NCBI GenBank assembly: GCA_004431415.1
Contig: QPMI01000062.1
Location: forward strand, 62,001-126,000
DNA length: 64,000 nucleotides
Source of the DNA: Cyanophora paradoxa CCMP329
Taxonomy: Eukaryota; Plantae; Glaucophyta
Direction of reading: 5' to 3'
Both the position numbers and the translations under genes were made by a program. Below, piece by piece: positions 1 to 12,924 of this stretch (positions within the stretch are counted from its first letter, which is position 1; every line of letters starts with the position of its first letter). The notes under the pieces were generated by a model that was not told where the DNA came from, did not search any database, and saw only the letters and a list, made by a program, of their open reading frames with translations.

Positions 1-482
1 ACGCGGTCCCCGTCGTCTTCTCGGTCGCCGCCGTCGGCTTCTGCATCGGCGCCGTCGAGCCCGTCGGCACCGAGCTCGGCGTCGAGTGCGCCTACCCGAC
101 CCCCGAGGCGACGGTGGCCGGCGTGCAGCAGCTCATGGGGCAGGTCGGCTCGCTCCTCTTCGTGCCCCTGCTGAACCGCCTGGAGGACCCCGTGACGCAC
201 GACATGGACAACGCCAACTGGTTCCTCACCGCCACCCTCGCCTTCGCCACCGTCGCCTTCCTCTTCTTGTCCGCCTCCCCCGCTCCCCCCCCCCTCGCGC
301 CCCGCGCCCCGCCTCACGTACGGGGCGGCAGCGACGGGGAGACGAAGCGGCTGGCGCACGAGAAGCAGGTGCTCATCGCCGTGCGCGCCGGCAGCGTCGA
401 CTACGGCGGCGTCGGCTCCCTCCGCGGCGGCCGCGCCTGGCCGGGGCCCTCCGAGCCCTCGCCGCCCCCGGGCGACCCGTAG
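1..482 (+). CDS. MFS transporter, SLC49/FLVCR-like (3' part; 5' end outside window)
   Basis: Frame reads VGFCIGAVEPVGTELGVECAYPTPEATVAGVQQLMGQ, matching the SLC49 ELxVExxYPxxE motif, followed by hydrophobic helices. GT-AG intron 269-331 joins FLFF to DGETKRLAHE; stop at 480-482. Confidence 0.75.
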   Translation, partial: AVPVVFSVAAVGFCIGAVEPVGTELGVECAYPTPEATVAGVQQLMGQVGSLLFVPLLNRLEDPVTHDMDNANWFLTATLAFATVAFLFLSASPAPPPLAPRAPPHVRGGSDGETKRLAHEKQVLIAVRAGSVDYGGVGSLRGGRAWPGPSEPSPPPGDP

Positions 483-1137
483 CCCCCGCTCTCCCCCCTC
501 CTTTCCCCTTTCAAGCCCCCCACGCGCGGCGCCCGGCCCCCGCTCGCTTTTTCAAGTAGGCAGTCTCATGATCACGCTCAGCGGCTCAGGACTAGTACGT
601 TCGATCCGGCCAGGCGATGCTTCGGGGGCAGCGGGGGGGAGGGAGGGGGGGGGGGGGGGGGGGGGGGGGGAGCAACTTCCAGAACCCTTTCCCACTCGAC
701 GACCTTCGTCGGCCGCCACCTGACAGCTGCAGGGCTTTGAACATGAGCCTCTACACCCCGGGCCCTCTTTTGCCCATTCATAGATTGCACCTGCGTGGTT
801 TCCACTGAAAATGCCCTGAATAACTTAGTAAGCATTTATGTCAACCACAATGCAGACATCACGATGTACTACGGTATGAACTTCATCGCTTTCGCTTCCA
901 TTCGTGCAGGCAGCCCCAGTCACTTCTGCTTTGTACCGATGCAATACCTATCGACCTTGTGGCCACGGCCCGAGGCGGCGTGAAGTGCTGAAACAACGCA
1001 GTATTGAAACAAAGTAAGAGTACAGTGCGGCCACTATGCCGCAGGGGAGTAGAGTGGAGGGGGGTGGAGCGGGGCGGAGTGGAGTGATGAAGGGAGACGA
1101 TGGGGAGGATGGGGCGCGGGGGGAGGGCGGCGCGGGG

Positions 1138-4100
1138 TCAGCGGAGGGCGGGGGAGTACTTGTTGCGGCGGAGGCGCTCGAGGAGCTCGAGGGCGGGGAC
1201 CTTGATCTGGAGGGCCTCGACGGTCAGCTGGAGCAGCTGGATGTCCTCCCCGATCCGCCGCTTCGCCGCGTGCGACGTCCCGAAGCGGTCCGTCCCGAAG
1301 ATCTCCACGAACTTGTTCGTGAAGCGCTGCACGATGGGCGGCACGACCGACTGCCCCCGCGCGCCGTCCGTCAGCTCGCTCGCTCGGGGGGCGCAGGGGC
1401 GGGGCGCCGGGGCGCACGGCGACGACGTCGTGGGGCACGATCGGCTCCAGCTCCGACTGCGCCTTCTTCAGCTGCGCCATGAACGCCCCCATCGGCTCGC
1501 TCGGCGTCCACGCCGGCTCCGCCGGCCCGTCCCACGGCCACTTCTGCTCCCCGCGCTCAGCAAGCGAGCTAACGAAGGGGAGGGGCGGGGCGGAGTGGGG
1601 CGGGCGCGCCATGAGGGCGCGCATGGCGTCGGAGCCAGCGGTGACGAGCATCTCCTCGGCGGCGCGGTGGAGCTCGCGCGCCGCCGCCTCGCACGCCGCC
1701 CGCGCCTCGTCGTAGCGCCGCAGCACCTCCGGCGTCGCCCGGTGCGCCAGCGTCACCTCGAAGTGCGCCCGCAGCCGCGGCGCCACCGCCCCCACCGCCT
1801 CCACGCTCTGCATCGCCACGCCTGCGCCCCGGCTCGCGCCGCGGCCCGGGCCCGGCGGGCGGGCGAGCGAAGGGGGCGGACCGAGCATGCGGTGGGTGAC
1901 CTCGGGGGGCGGCTCGGGGGCCTCCGCCGTCTGCGCCGCCTTCTTCCAGTCGAAGTAGGCCGTCGCCAGCTGCTCCGCCACCGCCCTCGCGAACGTCTGC
2001 CCGGCGTCAGGGGGCCGGCCCGGCGCGGGGGCGGGGGCGGCGGGGCGGGCGGACGGAGAAGAGCTCGGCGACGCGGTCGGCGGCGTCGACGGCGAGGGCG
2101 GGGAGGCGCTCCGCGAGACCCACGTACTCCTCCGCCATCTCCAGCAGCAGCAGCACCACGCTCGCCAGGTTGTACCGCCGCCCCGCAACCTCCGCCCCCC
2201 GCCTCTCCTCCTCCTTCGCCGGCGGCGGCGGCGGTGGCGGGGAGCGCGCCGGGGGCGCGGGGGGAGGCGAGGGCGCCGAGGGCCGCGGTGGGGCTGGGGG
2301 AGTGGCAGGGGAGGCGGGGACGGGCTTTGGGCGCGGGGGCAGGGGCGGGAGGGGCCTGGGCGGGGTGGGAGGGGGCGTGGCGCCGGACGAGGAGGGGGCG
2401 CGGGGCGGGGGCGGGGGCGGCGCGCTGGCGTCGGAGACGGAGATGGAGACGTGGGCGGGGGCGGCGTGGTGGGGCGCGAGGGCCGCGGGGATGGCGACGG
2501 AGAGGCGGGGGCGCTCGCCGGGCGGGGCGCAGAGGCGGTCGACGAGGGCCTGCGTGGCGGCCACGACGGTGGCGACCTCCCACGGCTCCCCCTCCAGCAG
2601 GCACCCCAGCGCCTCCTGCTTCTGCGCGTGGAAGCCCCGCAGGAAGTCCGCCGCCTGCCCCCGCCGCCCCCGCGTGAGCGGAGACGGAGCAGGTGCGGCT
2701 TCGAGGGGGGCGCGCCTGGGAGCGAAGGGCGTGGCGCATGTCGGTGCAGGGGACGTTGGTGGCGGCCTCGACGGAGACGACGAACTGCTTGGTGTGGTCG
2801 TAGAGGGCGCAGAACGCCTCGTGGTTCGTGCGCGCCGTGCTCTGCGACCGGATCTCCAGCAGCCGCTTCGTGCGGGCCTGCACGAGCGCGCAGAACGAGG
2901 TGACGAGCTGGTTGATCTCCATCATCGCGTCCCCGTCCATGGCGATGATCGCGCGCTGCTTGATCACCTGCCGCCGCCGTCGATCCCGCGCCCGCTGCCC
3001 CGCGGCGGCGGCGGAGGCGGCGCACCCGCATGGAGAGGACCGTCTCGCCGGCGACGCGTGCCGAGATGGCCGGGTCGCTCGCCCCGCGCCGCAGGCCCCG
3101 CTGCCCGGCGTCAGGCCGGCCCGCGACCGAGAGGAGACCCGGGCCGGGCGGAACATCGCACCTCCTCCTCGTCGGCGGCCTGCAGCCGGCCCCGCCACGA
3201 CGAGGAGGGCGGCGTGCCGGGCTTCGGAGGCGGAGGCGGCGGCCCCGCGCTCCCGGCGGCGCCAGCGGGTACTGAGGATGGGCGCGGTGGTGGTGGCGGC
3301 GGCGGGGAGGCGCGCGGAGAGGCCGAGTGGGGCGGGGGCTGGGGAAGGCCGGAGGCGGCGGAGGAGGAGGAGGGGGCGGGGGAGCCGGTGCGGGGGGCGG
3401 GCCCGTAGGCGGGGGCGTGCGGGTGGTCGGAGGCCTGGGCGGCGGCGGTGATGAACTCGAGCACAAAGTCTCGGACGGCGTTGCAGCGGTAGAGCATCTC
3501 CGTCACCGTCTGGTAGCAGCCTGCGGGCCTTCCGTCAGCCCGGGAGCTCGTTCGGGGCTCGTGGGGGCGGGGCGGGCCCTGGAGGGCGTCGGTGAAGGCG
3601 CGCTGGTCGAGGTTCTGGATGACCTGCACGATGGAGACCGTCACGTCCCCGTTCGCCGCCGCCTCGTCTGCCGTCCGTCGCCGCCTCAGAGCGGGCGGGC
3701 GGGGCGGGCGGGCCGGGCTGGCGGGGCGGGCGCGGACGGTGCGCGCTGGAGTCGAGGTTGAAGGGGACGTCGGCGATGGCGGGGTTCACCTCGACGAGGG
3801 CCTGCGCCCCGGCTCGAGGGGGGCGCGGCCGGGGCGCGGGCGGGGCGGGGGCGGCGGGCCTGGCGGAGGGCCGAGTCGATGTGGGCGGCGAACTCGGTGC
3901 GGAGGGTGCGGAGGGCGCTGGCGAGGCCGGCCGGGCTGTAGAGCAGGCACTCCACGATCGGCAGCAGCGCCTCCTCCAGCGTCACCTCCAGCTCCGGGAT
4001 CGCCTCCAGGCCCGCCCTGGGGCCCCGCGGCGACGGCGGCGGCCGCCCGTGCCCGTGCCCGCCCCCGCCCCCGTGGGCCGTCCCGCCGGCGAGGGGCTTG

Positions 4101-5901
4101 GGGAGGCCTCCGCGGGCGATGTCGGCGATGGAGAGGTTGCTGCGGCTCTTGGTCATGGCGCCGAGCCCCGCCGCCGCCGCGTGCTCCCTCGCCGCCGACG
4201 AGCGCGACGTCGGCGAGGCGAGCTGCGAGCTCCCCGCCCCGTGCAGGTTGATGTAGTACGAGCTGACGCTACGCAGCATCCCCCCGGGGCCGGCGGCGGC
4301 GCCTGGCGGACGCAGGCCGGGCGGCTCGAGGGCGTGGTGCGGGGAGTGGTGGCCCGGGGAGTGGGGCGAGGGCTGGGACTCGCGGGAGGCGGTGAGGCCC
4401 TCGACGACGATGCGGACGAAGAGCTCCTGCACGCGGCTCGAGACGAGCCGCGCCGTCTCCTCCAGCTCCTCCCGCAGCGTCCTGCCCCCCCGCCTCAGGC
4501 CCCGCGCCCCGCGGCGCCCCGCTCGGCGGGGCGGGGCGGGGCGCACTTGAGGCAGACGAGGCCGGAGAGCTCGCCCCTGAGGAGCTCCTGGGTCTGCTCG
4601 ATGACCTCCAGCGCGCGCGCGTAGTCGTTGTTCGCGAGCAGCTGCTGCACCGTCGGCATCGTCCGCCGCACCGCCGACAGCCCTTTCAGCTGCGCCCCGG
4701 CCCCGCGTCAGCGCTTCCCGCGGGGGAGGCGAAAGGGACGAGGAGGGGGGGGGGGGGGGGGTTGGGGGGGGGGGTGGGGGTGGGGGGGGTGAGGGGGGGG
4801 GGCGGGGGAGGGGGGGAGGGCAGGGCTTGTTGCGGAAAGGCGAGGCACCTTGGCGTACATGAGGGCGACGTTGTCGCGCCGGCGCTGCGCCTGCGCGACG
4901 CGGAGCGCGTCCAGCACGACCCGCTCCTCCAGCACGCGCATGAAGCCGCTGCCGAGGCCGTCGGGCACGCGGGGGCGGGGCGCGCCCCTCGCATGCGCAC
5001 CGGAGGCCCTGGACCTTGCCGATGCACTCCAGAGCGTGGTCGGAGAGGTTGCGCAGGATCCTCCAGGCGGAGAAGAACTCCCCGATGCGCCTCCGCACGT
5101 GGTGCACCAGCTCCTTCTCCACGTGGTCCACCCCTTGCCACAGCTGCAGGCGCGTTCGTCACCGCATCCGGGATTCGCAAGCTGAAGAGGATATCACTTT
5201 GTCTTCGACTTCTGCAACTGTTTTGTCCGGAGGCAAGATGGCGTCGAAGATCTCCGTGTCGTCGAGAATCAGCTCCTTTTCGAAAAAGAACTACGAAACG
5301 ATTCACGCTTGGAACACTGCATTGCAAAAAGAGCTGACCGCGGGGAGAGAGCGCAGGGACTCGGTTTTGGTCGGGTCAGCGCCTGGGGTCATGTCATGAG
5401 CAGCGATGGCACGAGCGGGGTGGTTTTCCATACCGTTGCGCTCAATCTCTAGCTTACGGCGCTGATCGTCACGCTCGCGCTCGTCCTGCAGAGCCTGCAA
5501 CTCCGACTGCGGCGCCCGAATGAGGGGCGAGGACGGTGTGGGCGCCGGACGGACCTTATTCACGATGTACATGAAAAGAGGCTGCGTAGCTAGCGGTTAG
5601 ATGCGGGCACTGACGTTTTAAAGAACGCGCAGACCTTGCCGATTGTGAGGAAGTAGTCCTCGAGTGACGAAAACGTGACTGCATGTCCATCCAGAACGCC
5701 GGGCGAGGGGAGAATCTTAGCGAACTCCAGCGGCTGTTCCTTGCCTTTCGCTAGCGGGTCGTAAACGTAGTTGGAAAGGTTGGGCGCGTGGAAATTCGGC
5801 GGTAGAACGGGGCGCTCGTCTGCCGGGCATGGATCGAAGCGGCGCTTTCGCTCGGCATCCGGCGGAACGGACGCCGACGGCGCCCTCGCCTCAGCGCTCA
5901 T
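1138..5901 (-). CDS. VPS54: GARP complex subunit VPS54-like (multi-exon)
   Basis: Exons encode VDHVEKELVHHVRRRIGEFFSAW, LKGLSAVRRTMPTVQQLLANNDYARALEVIEQTQELLRGELSGL and RRYNLASVVLLLLEMAEEYVGLAERLPALAVD, collinear with conserved Vps54 segments. ATG at 5901; 3' end approximate. Confidence 0.8.
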
Positions 5902-6423
5902 GATTCGCCGTGCCGCGGGTCCCTACGACATTTTGAGCGCCCTACCGGGACAGGACTAATGCGGACGCTCAGCTGGCGCTAGCCACGGCTCAGACGGGCA
6001 CAGGCTGCGCGGAAGGCCGAGGCCGCGGAGACCCGGAGCTGGTTTTGACGGGTACCGCATCTGAATTCAAGTACTGGGCCACACCGCCGCAGCGCCTCAG
6101 GCTGTTGCACAGCTCACTTGTAGCACTCACCGGCCTTCCGCCGAGCCTGATCCCTCCAGGCCGCCGAGCCTAATCCCTCCAGTTGCCCCCGGCCGCGCGC
6201 ACCGCCTCGTGCCTTCTGGAAATTAGCTAAGAGTCACGCTTGTCGAGGTAATCGTGCTTTCGCGGGCGCTTGGTCCCAGCCGCGCGCATCCCGGCCGACG
6301 CGACGTAGGTTTGCAGCGGCTGAGCCTTCGAGCGCTTAGCCCAGTGGGCCGCGAGGTCTGTGTGCTGCTGCGGATACGTACGGAAACGTACGTTAGCTTA
6401 TCTGCGTTCTCGAGCGCAGCAAT

Positions 6424-6990
6424 ATGCAAGGAGGCTACTATGACGTCGACGCTATTCTCTCTGAGGAGGAGCGCTTTCCCGTCGTGACTTCGAATGAAGG
6501 CCGCAACCTTGGGCACCTGGACACGGCTGATCCGTACTCTCGAAAGCACCTGCCCGTCGGCGCGAAGCTCGAACTACCACTCTGGCTGGGGCTGGCTATG
6601 GCCACCAAGAACCACATTAGCTTCGCCACACCGAAAAGCTTCAGCCAGCGAACTTGCGAGGATGTTGAGGCCGATCCAACAGTGATCAACCTTCAGGAGA
6701 AGAGCCCGTTCTGGTACGAGAACGGGATGAAGCTGGTCAAGCACCAGAAGGACAAGGCAAATCTCGTCTCGGTGATGCAGACTGCCTTCCGGGAGCGCTA
6801 CAAGCTCATTTTTGATCGCGCCTACTCGTCGCAAAACAGAGACGTGTCCTCATTCGTCAGCAAACTCACTTCCTTCGAAAGGGTGCTCTTCCGAACAGGA
6901 CAAGCGGCTGCCGTCTCTGCAGAGCAGTGGCACACCCAAGGCAGTGATTTTAGTGGCAGGGGCACTAAGAGGAAGCTGGATGCTCCATGA
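6424..6990 (+). CDS. PSF3: GINS complex subunit Psf3
   Basis: 188-aa uninterrupted ORF with YYDVDAILSEEERFP, KLELPLWL and EADPTVINL...PFWYE, typical Psf3 motifs. Confidence 0.92.
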   Translation: MQGGYYDVDAILSEEERFPVVTSNEGRNLGHLDTADPYSRKHLPVGAKLELPLWLGLAMATKNHISFATPKSFSQRTCEDVEADPTVINLQEKSPFWYENGMKLVKHQKDKANLVSVMQTAFRERYKLIFDRAYSSQNRDVSSFVSKLTSFERVLFRTGQAAAVSAEQWHTQGSDFSGRGTKRKLDAP

Positions 6991-7904
6991 CCATAGACGT
7001 TTTCTTTCCAGTCCCTTTAAATCTGTTCCCAATCAGTAGACCACATCTGATGATTTCGAATTCTTTAGTCTCCACTGTGTGCTACTCGCGATGGCTAGCG
7101 CTAGTGTTGGCTAGAGCTGCGATGCAGTTCGAGCCCTGCGATTGCATGCACAAACCAGATCTAGAGCCCTAGGTCCAGCTATGTATAGGCCTAGATCTCT
7201 AGATCTAGATCAACAGGTAGCCGTAGAGTCGAGGGGCCGCAGCAGGCACCGGCCGCGGCGCCCGGCGCCCGGCGCCAGCGCCAGCGCGCTAGCCTGAGGC
7301 CTAGGTCCGGGCCGGGCCAGCCTGGCGCGCAGGCTGACATGTACAGTAATTAATTTTGCCAAGTTGCAAGTTGGGAGTCGGAACTTGGGACCCCATGCAT
7401 ATGCAAGCTATACTATACTATGATAGCCGGCCTGGGCCGGGGGCGAATGCGCATATGCATGCGTGCGCATATGCATGCTTTCAATCGCTGTGGTTGGCGC
7501 CGGCCATATATATGCATGGATAGGGCCGATATCGATGGGCCGGATAGGCCAGCTGGGGGGTACCCCCTTAGGTCGAAAGACTTCAAGCGAAGGGTGTCCT
7601 GGAGGACGCAACGTTCGGAGCGGGAGAAGTTGTACACGAGCGTCGCGGAGCGCCTCTTGCGCCGCAGCGAGTCCTCCGGCGCCGCATCCCGTAGAGCTGC
7701 CAGACCAGCGGCACGACCGCAAATCAGCGCTCGACCTCGAAGTTGGAGTGAGATCCTTGGTCGCACGTTGTCCGAATGCATGGTGGCCGGCCGCTCTGAG
7801 TGAACAAGAGTCGCACCGTGAACAGAGGAAGCGAGCAGGCGGGCGGCGGCTCAGCGCCGAGAAAGCGCTAGGCGCCGCAGCCTGACTGGCGTACAGCGCC
7901 CGTC

Positions 7905-10900
7905 ATGGCGGCCAGCGCGGCCTCTGCGGAGGGCGCCCCGCGGGCGCCCTCATCTCGCATATACGTGCCAGGGATCGCTCTTGGACCTGTCGCACGCCAT
8001 ATGGCAGTCGCTCGAGGATCGCAGGTTTGCTGAGTGCACGGCAGAGGCGCGTCCCGATGTTAAGTTCGTCCGCAGATCCTCCTCCTTGGCGGCGCTGTCA
8101 GCGCGCAAGATACATTCCCCGTCACGCTGATTGACCTTGGTATGTCTGCTTGTAGATGATGCATTCACTTCCGCACCTCGAGGCCCTCGAACCCTGGGAT
8201 TTATGACGCAGAGCGCGAAATCTGCATTCGGCCCCAGTGCCTCGGCCCGGCGCCGCCACCTCAGCTTGTGTATGCGACCTCCTCTCTTGTGGGAGACAGA
8301 ATCTATATCATCGGTGGAAAACCGTCGCCAACCTCCGACACAATTGCCGTTTTCTCGCTCGATGTTAGCGGTGCAGGTAGGGAACACGTATCAATACCGG
8401 TTTTGCTTAGAATGAGAATAATGCCCTCCAGATACCTTCGTCTGGCGAGCGATACCAGCAGCTGCTGGACCTTCTTCCTGCCAGCCCTCTCCACGGTTCA
8501 AAAACTCTCCTTGCAATTGAAATGACATGTATGCTGACAGTCATTCTCATACAGCTACAAGCATTCTGCTTCCGTCGTACGTGACCGAGAAATCTGGATT
8601 GTAGGCGGAAAAGATTTCGCAACCTTCAATAACACGATGTGAGTAGGAGGCTTTTCCATCAGGCAAGAGGAGTACTGAGCTAACTGCCTCTTTTGCAGTT
8701 ACTCGGATGTTTTCAAGTTTGATACTGGCGAGTGAATTGTATAGCATTGTGGCATTGTGCCTGTAACTTGCTCCTGATGCGTTCACAGTGACCCGAGTGT
8801 GGCAAAGGATTCAGATCACAAATTTCCCATTGCGCTCCATTTTCAATCACACAGCGGTAACAATCAAGGATCGAATTTGGGTTTTTGGAGGCCACAATGG
8901 GCGGGAGTCGACTGATGTGCTTTGCTCGATCCGTGTCGGTTCATTCTCTTTCCTCCCGGTTATTTTGCGGGACTTCCAATTATATTTTGTGTGCAGAACC
9001 GCCATATCAGGCGACACTTGAACCAGTTCCACATGGCAGGGCGCCCGAGCGCCGAGCATGCCATGCTGGTATTTTCTTGCAATCGTGCTCTCTCTTCTGA
9101 CGAATTTTCTAACATCTCGCTATTCGTAGCAATCTCTGTTGGATGCAAGATGTACATCCTTGGCGGGCGGAATGGCCAGAAGGGCGATTTGGGCAATATG
9201 CACGAGCTTGACACTGGTATATGTCTCTCTGCGGCCTTGGCAAGTTACTTTCTTAACACATCGAACAGTTTCGCGGACATGGCGCTCTGCAAACCTGTCT
9301 GCCGATGACCAGCGTTTGCTCAAGCGGAGCTCTCACACTGCAAGCCTGATTGGGAAAACTGTGTGGCTGGTTGGCGGGCAAAGCGATGTTGGATCCCCAA
9401 GCGAGGCCATCGTCGGTACGCCACTTTCCACTGGCTGAATGAGATTTTTGTCTGAAATATCTGCAGGCGTCAGAATACGTGAGTGATGCCTGTTAAGGCC
9501 TTATCGTTTGTGCTAACACTTGGGTGCAGCTATCACAGATGAACTTGCCTCATCTGGTCCTTCTGCACTCTTCCCACGTGACACAATGCGGCAGCTTGTG
9601 TATGCATTCAACAGAAATTCTCGAGAGGTGGCTATGTTGCTCCTCAAAGAGGTGGTTCAGTTCGCCATACTAATAAAAAGCCCCCAGGCTCTAGAAGCCA
9701 TTGGAAATCTGCAGGGATTGGCGTCTGGGCTTGTGCCTGCTGCAGAGGTCGTCGCCAAGTTCATCAGGACAGCTGAGAACTTGGATAAGAACGCCATTGG
9801 AGAGTTCTTGGGAGAGGGGTATGTCAAGCCTTTTCGAGCTCTGACAAATTAATATTCTGTCTGACATGTTGAAAGGGACGAGTTCAATATTGCTGTATTG
9901 CGGGCATTTGTGCATATGCTGGACTTCAGCGACATTGGGTTCGATGTTGCTCTGAGGTGAGCTTGACCCAGTTTGTATTTCAGAACGGGAGTCACTGGTT
10001 TTCGCAGGTTCTTCCTCTCCTTTTTCAGACCACCGGGAGAAGCCCAAAAAATTGAACGGTTGATGGATGCTTTCGGGGAGAAGTACTTCCATGACAACAA
10101 ATCTACAATCTTCCATTCACCAGGCAATGCTGATATATTTTGCTCGAATTTGCAATCCCTTATGCGCCTGCAGTATCGGTGTCAACCCTGGGCTACTCTA
10201 TGATGATGCTCAACACAGACAGGCACAACCCAGCTGTCAAGCAAAAGATGAAGCATGAGGCTTTCATCCGAAATAGTATGAAATTTCTAGATTATGAAGC
10301 AGCTGTCGCTGATTTGAGGATTTAGATCGTGGGATGAACGGAGGACAAGACTTCCCCCGAGAGTTTTTGAAGGCCCTGTACTATAGCATCAAGTCCTGCC
10401 CACTCCAGATGGGTTCGTCTGATCTTGAGTTTTAAGCCTGTGCCTTGACACCCTGCAGGCCCAGATCCGAGAGGCCTGCAGTCTGCTTCTTCTGTGCAAT
10501 CCGAAAGCAAGAGCGCCCTCTCCAAATTCTTTTTTGGACCCCGCAGAAGCACATCGCCTTCACGAATTCCTGTGGGAGAAGCTGCTCTCCATGGTCATGT
10601 CTCAGCCCGGCAGTCACTCCGCATTTCTTCACTCTCGTCAGCCACACTCCCCTCTGTATCATCACAGCGCTCAATGGAGTCACACGCCGATGCACCCCTT
10701 GCATCGGCTGCATCAGGGTCAGAGGAAGAAGGTCGGCGAAGTGGTGCACTATCTCCTGTCAGCGTGGATGGTGGCGGAGATGTACCTGCCCTTCCCACAT
10801 CACAGCCACATGGCGGCGAAGACTATAACCCCTTCGCGGAGTCCACAGGTTCTCAGGGAGCATCCGCCGTACTCCACATTGCAGACACTCAAGAAGAACG

Positions 10901-12265
10901 GTTGCAAGATTCGACTGCTGCAGTGGCCCCTCCTGATGCCGACTCTACATCAGAAGACCACCCAGCCCTGTCGCCGGTCAGCCCACAGCAAGTGCCCAGT
11001 GAAGCAGAACCACCACCTCCCCATGCAGACTCCACATCAACTGTGTCCATGCTGGAGACTGATTGCTTCAGCTTAATGCGCTCTTCATCCGCGCCACCGT
11101 GCATCCACCTCGAAACCTCGGCAAACATCTCGACAGAACTCCTCATCAGCACACCAAATGCGCACAGCGCTCCTCGGAATGCAGAACATGTTGCCAACGC
11201 CATGCAGGAGCTGAGCCAGCCTCCCAGCCAGTCGCCTCCGCCAGAAGAGCATTCATCACTCCAGCCAGGAGATTTTTCGTCATCTCAACCAGAAGAGCAT
11301 TCGCTACCGTTGCCAGGAGAGCATTTGTTACAACAGCCGCAGTCACAGGAGCCCGACAGCCCGGACTCCTCACGCTCTGGAACGCCCGACAGGGACCACT
11401 TGCACCATCCGCTGGAAGTGGAGCGATTGGGTCGACTTGAATCTCTCGGACCTGAAGATGATGGAATCCCTCGCTCAGTGTCATTCATGTCGGATGATCT
11501 GGCAGTCAGTTTCAGGACAGATCCTTCTCATGCAGGCGTTGGGCACCTGAGAGATGGCTCCACCCGTAGCATCGTAAGCATCATGAGTGCCAGCTCAGCT
11601 CCACCTGTCTCGGCCACCCGCGATGCGGATTTCAACAGCACGACTGCTTTTAGTGTGATCGCTCAGAAACTGTTGGCCACGTCCACAGGTGTTCTAAATG
11701 CAAGGTGCATTCAATGTGTCCTCTCCAAGAAGTCCTTTCCTAATTTCTTTGCAGCTCGCTTTTCAATGACAATCGACTCCGAGAGTCTGCCCTTGAGGCC
11801 GCAGACGGGATTGAACGCATCCTCAGCGAGGTTTCTGAGTTGAATCTTTTGCTTGCAATCAGCTGCTGATCAGACGTTTCGGCCCAGCCCCAAGAGGGTG
11901 GAACTTTAACGGATAAGCTGGTGGCCATCAGTGCCTTGGAATCACATGCAAGTACTCTCCAACACACTGCCAATCTCCAGCCCAAATCGTGTGAGAATAT
12001 GGAGACTGCAATCCAGAACTACAAGCGGTATGTGTTGCAGTGCTACAGAGAATTCTTGGATAACACACATATGTGCAGATGGCGTGCTGAGGTGGCAACA
12101 GAGCTTCTTCCAGCTGTTGAAAAAGCAGCCGCAGCAGTATCTGAGCTCGTTTCAGCGCTCCAACGAGTATCCTTTGGGCAGGAGGAAGTCTCGCGTCTAG
12201 CTTTCTGTGCAGAAGCTGAAGTCGCTCGACGCCGGGCTTCTCCATCTTTTTTCCAGGGCCACTAG
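7905..12265 (+). CDS. Kelch-repeat (six blades) plus Sec7 domain Arf-GEF with long low-complexity C-terminal region
   Basis: Six Kelch GG motifs (QILLLGG, RIYIIGG, EIWIVGG, RIWVFGG, KMYILGG, TVWLVGG). Sec7 motifs LDKNAIGEFLGE, FRPPGEAQKIERLMDAF (catalytic Glu) and YSMMMLNTDRHNP. The two halves join in phase through a 12-nt exon at 9467-9478. Confidence 0.8.
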
Positions 12266-12552
12266 CATTTCAGATATTTGTCTTTTATGTTCATATCAAT
12301 GGAACCAACTGGCAAGAACTTGAATTGAACTGAAAAGGATGCCGCAGGGCAGCCTGACAGACCGAAGTAGCTAGAACCCCTCTTTTGTGCGTCGATATCG
12401 ATATCACAACGATGGCGGGCTCCTAGGCCTAGTCTTCAGCATGTGCAACTATAGCTAGCGCTGAAGGTGCAGCTAGCGCTGCGCTCGTGCCTGCCGGTTA
12501 TTGTCTGACGTACCCGTCTAGCGCGCTTTCCCCCCCGGATTCTGCGTTCATC

Positions 12553-12924
12553 ATGAACTTCCTCGCCACCGCCTCCGCGGCCCCGCTGCCCGCGCCCGTC
12601 GCCGGCTCGTCGAAGAGCCAGGGTGGCCGGACCCCCAAGTTCTTCGCCCAGGCGGTCAACAAGGCGACAGTCATGAAGGCGGACGGCGGCTTCTGGGCGT
12701 GGCTTGAGAGCAAGATTGCTCACAACCTGCTGTAAGTTGCCGCGCCAGTGTCTAGAGTTGGCGCACCAGTCGCGGCAGTTATGCGCGCAACGTGATCCTC
12801 GAGCGGCGGGCGCCCGCTGACGCCTCACGGCAGGTACGAGGGCCCCGAGAGCGTCAAGACCCGCATCGACTCTGGCAAGAACCCGACCGGCGCCGACAAG
12901 GCGGACTCGCAGAAGCAGCAGTAG
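12553..12924 (+). CDS. Small 89-aa uncharacterised protein, putative plastid transit peptide (copy A)
   Basis: ATG 12553, GT-AG intron 12732-12833, TAG 12922-12924. Translation MNFLATASAAPLPAPVAGSSKS...KADGGFWAWLESKIAHNLLYEGPESVKTRIDSGKNPTGADKADSQKQQ, with strongly GC3-biased codons. Confidence 0.7.

Noticed and set aside
560-1030. Lower-GC segment with short ORFs and a poly-G run between two converging genes
   Set aside because: No recognisable protein motif in any frame; may be UTR or a decayed fragment.
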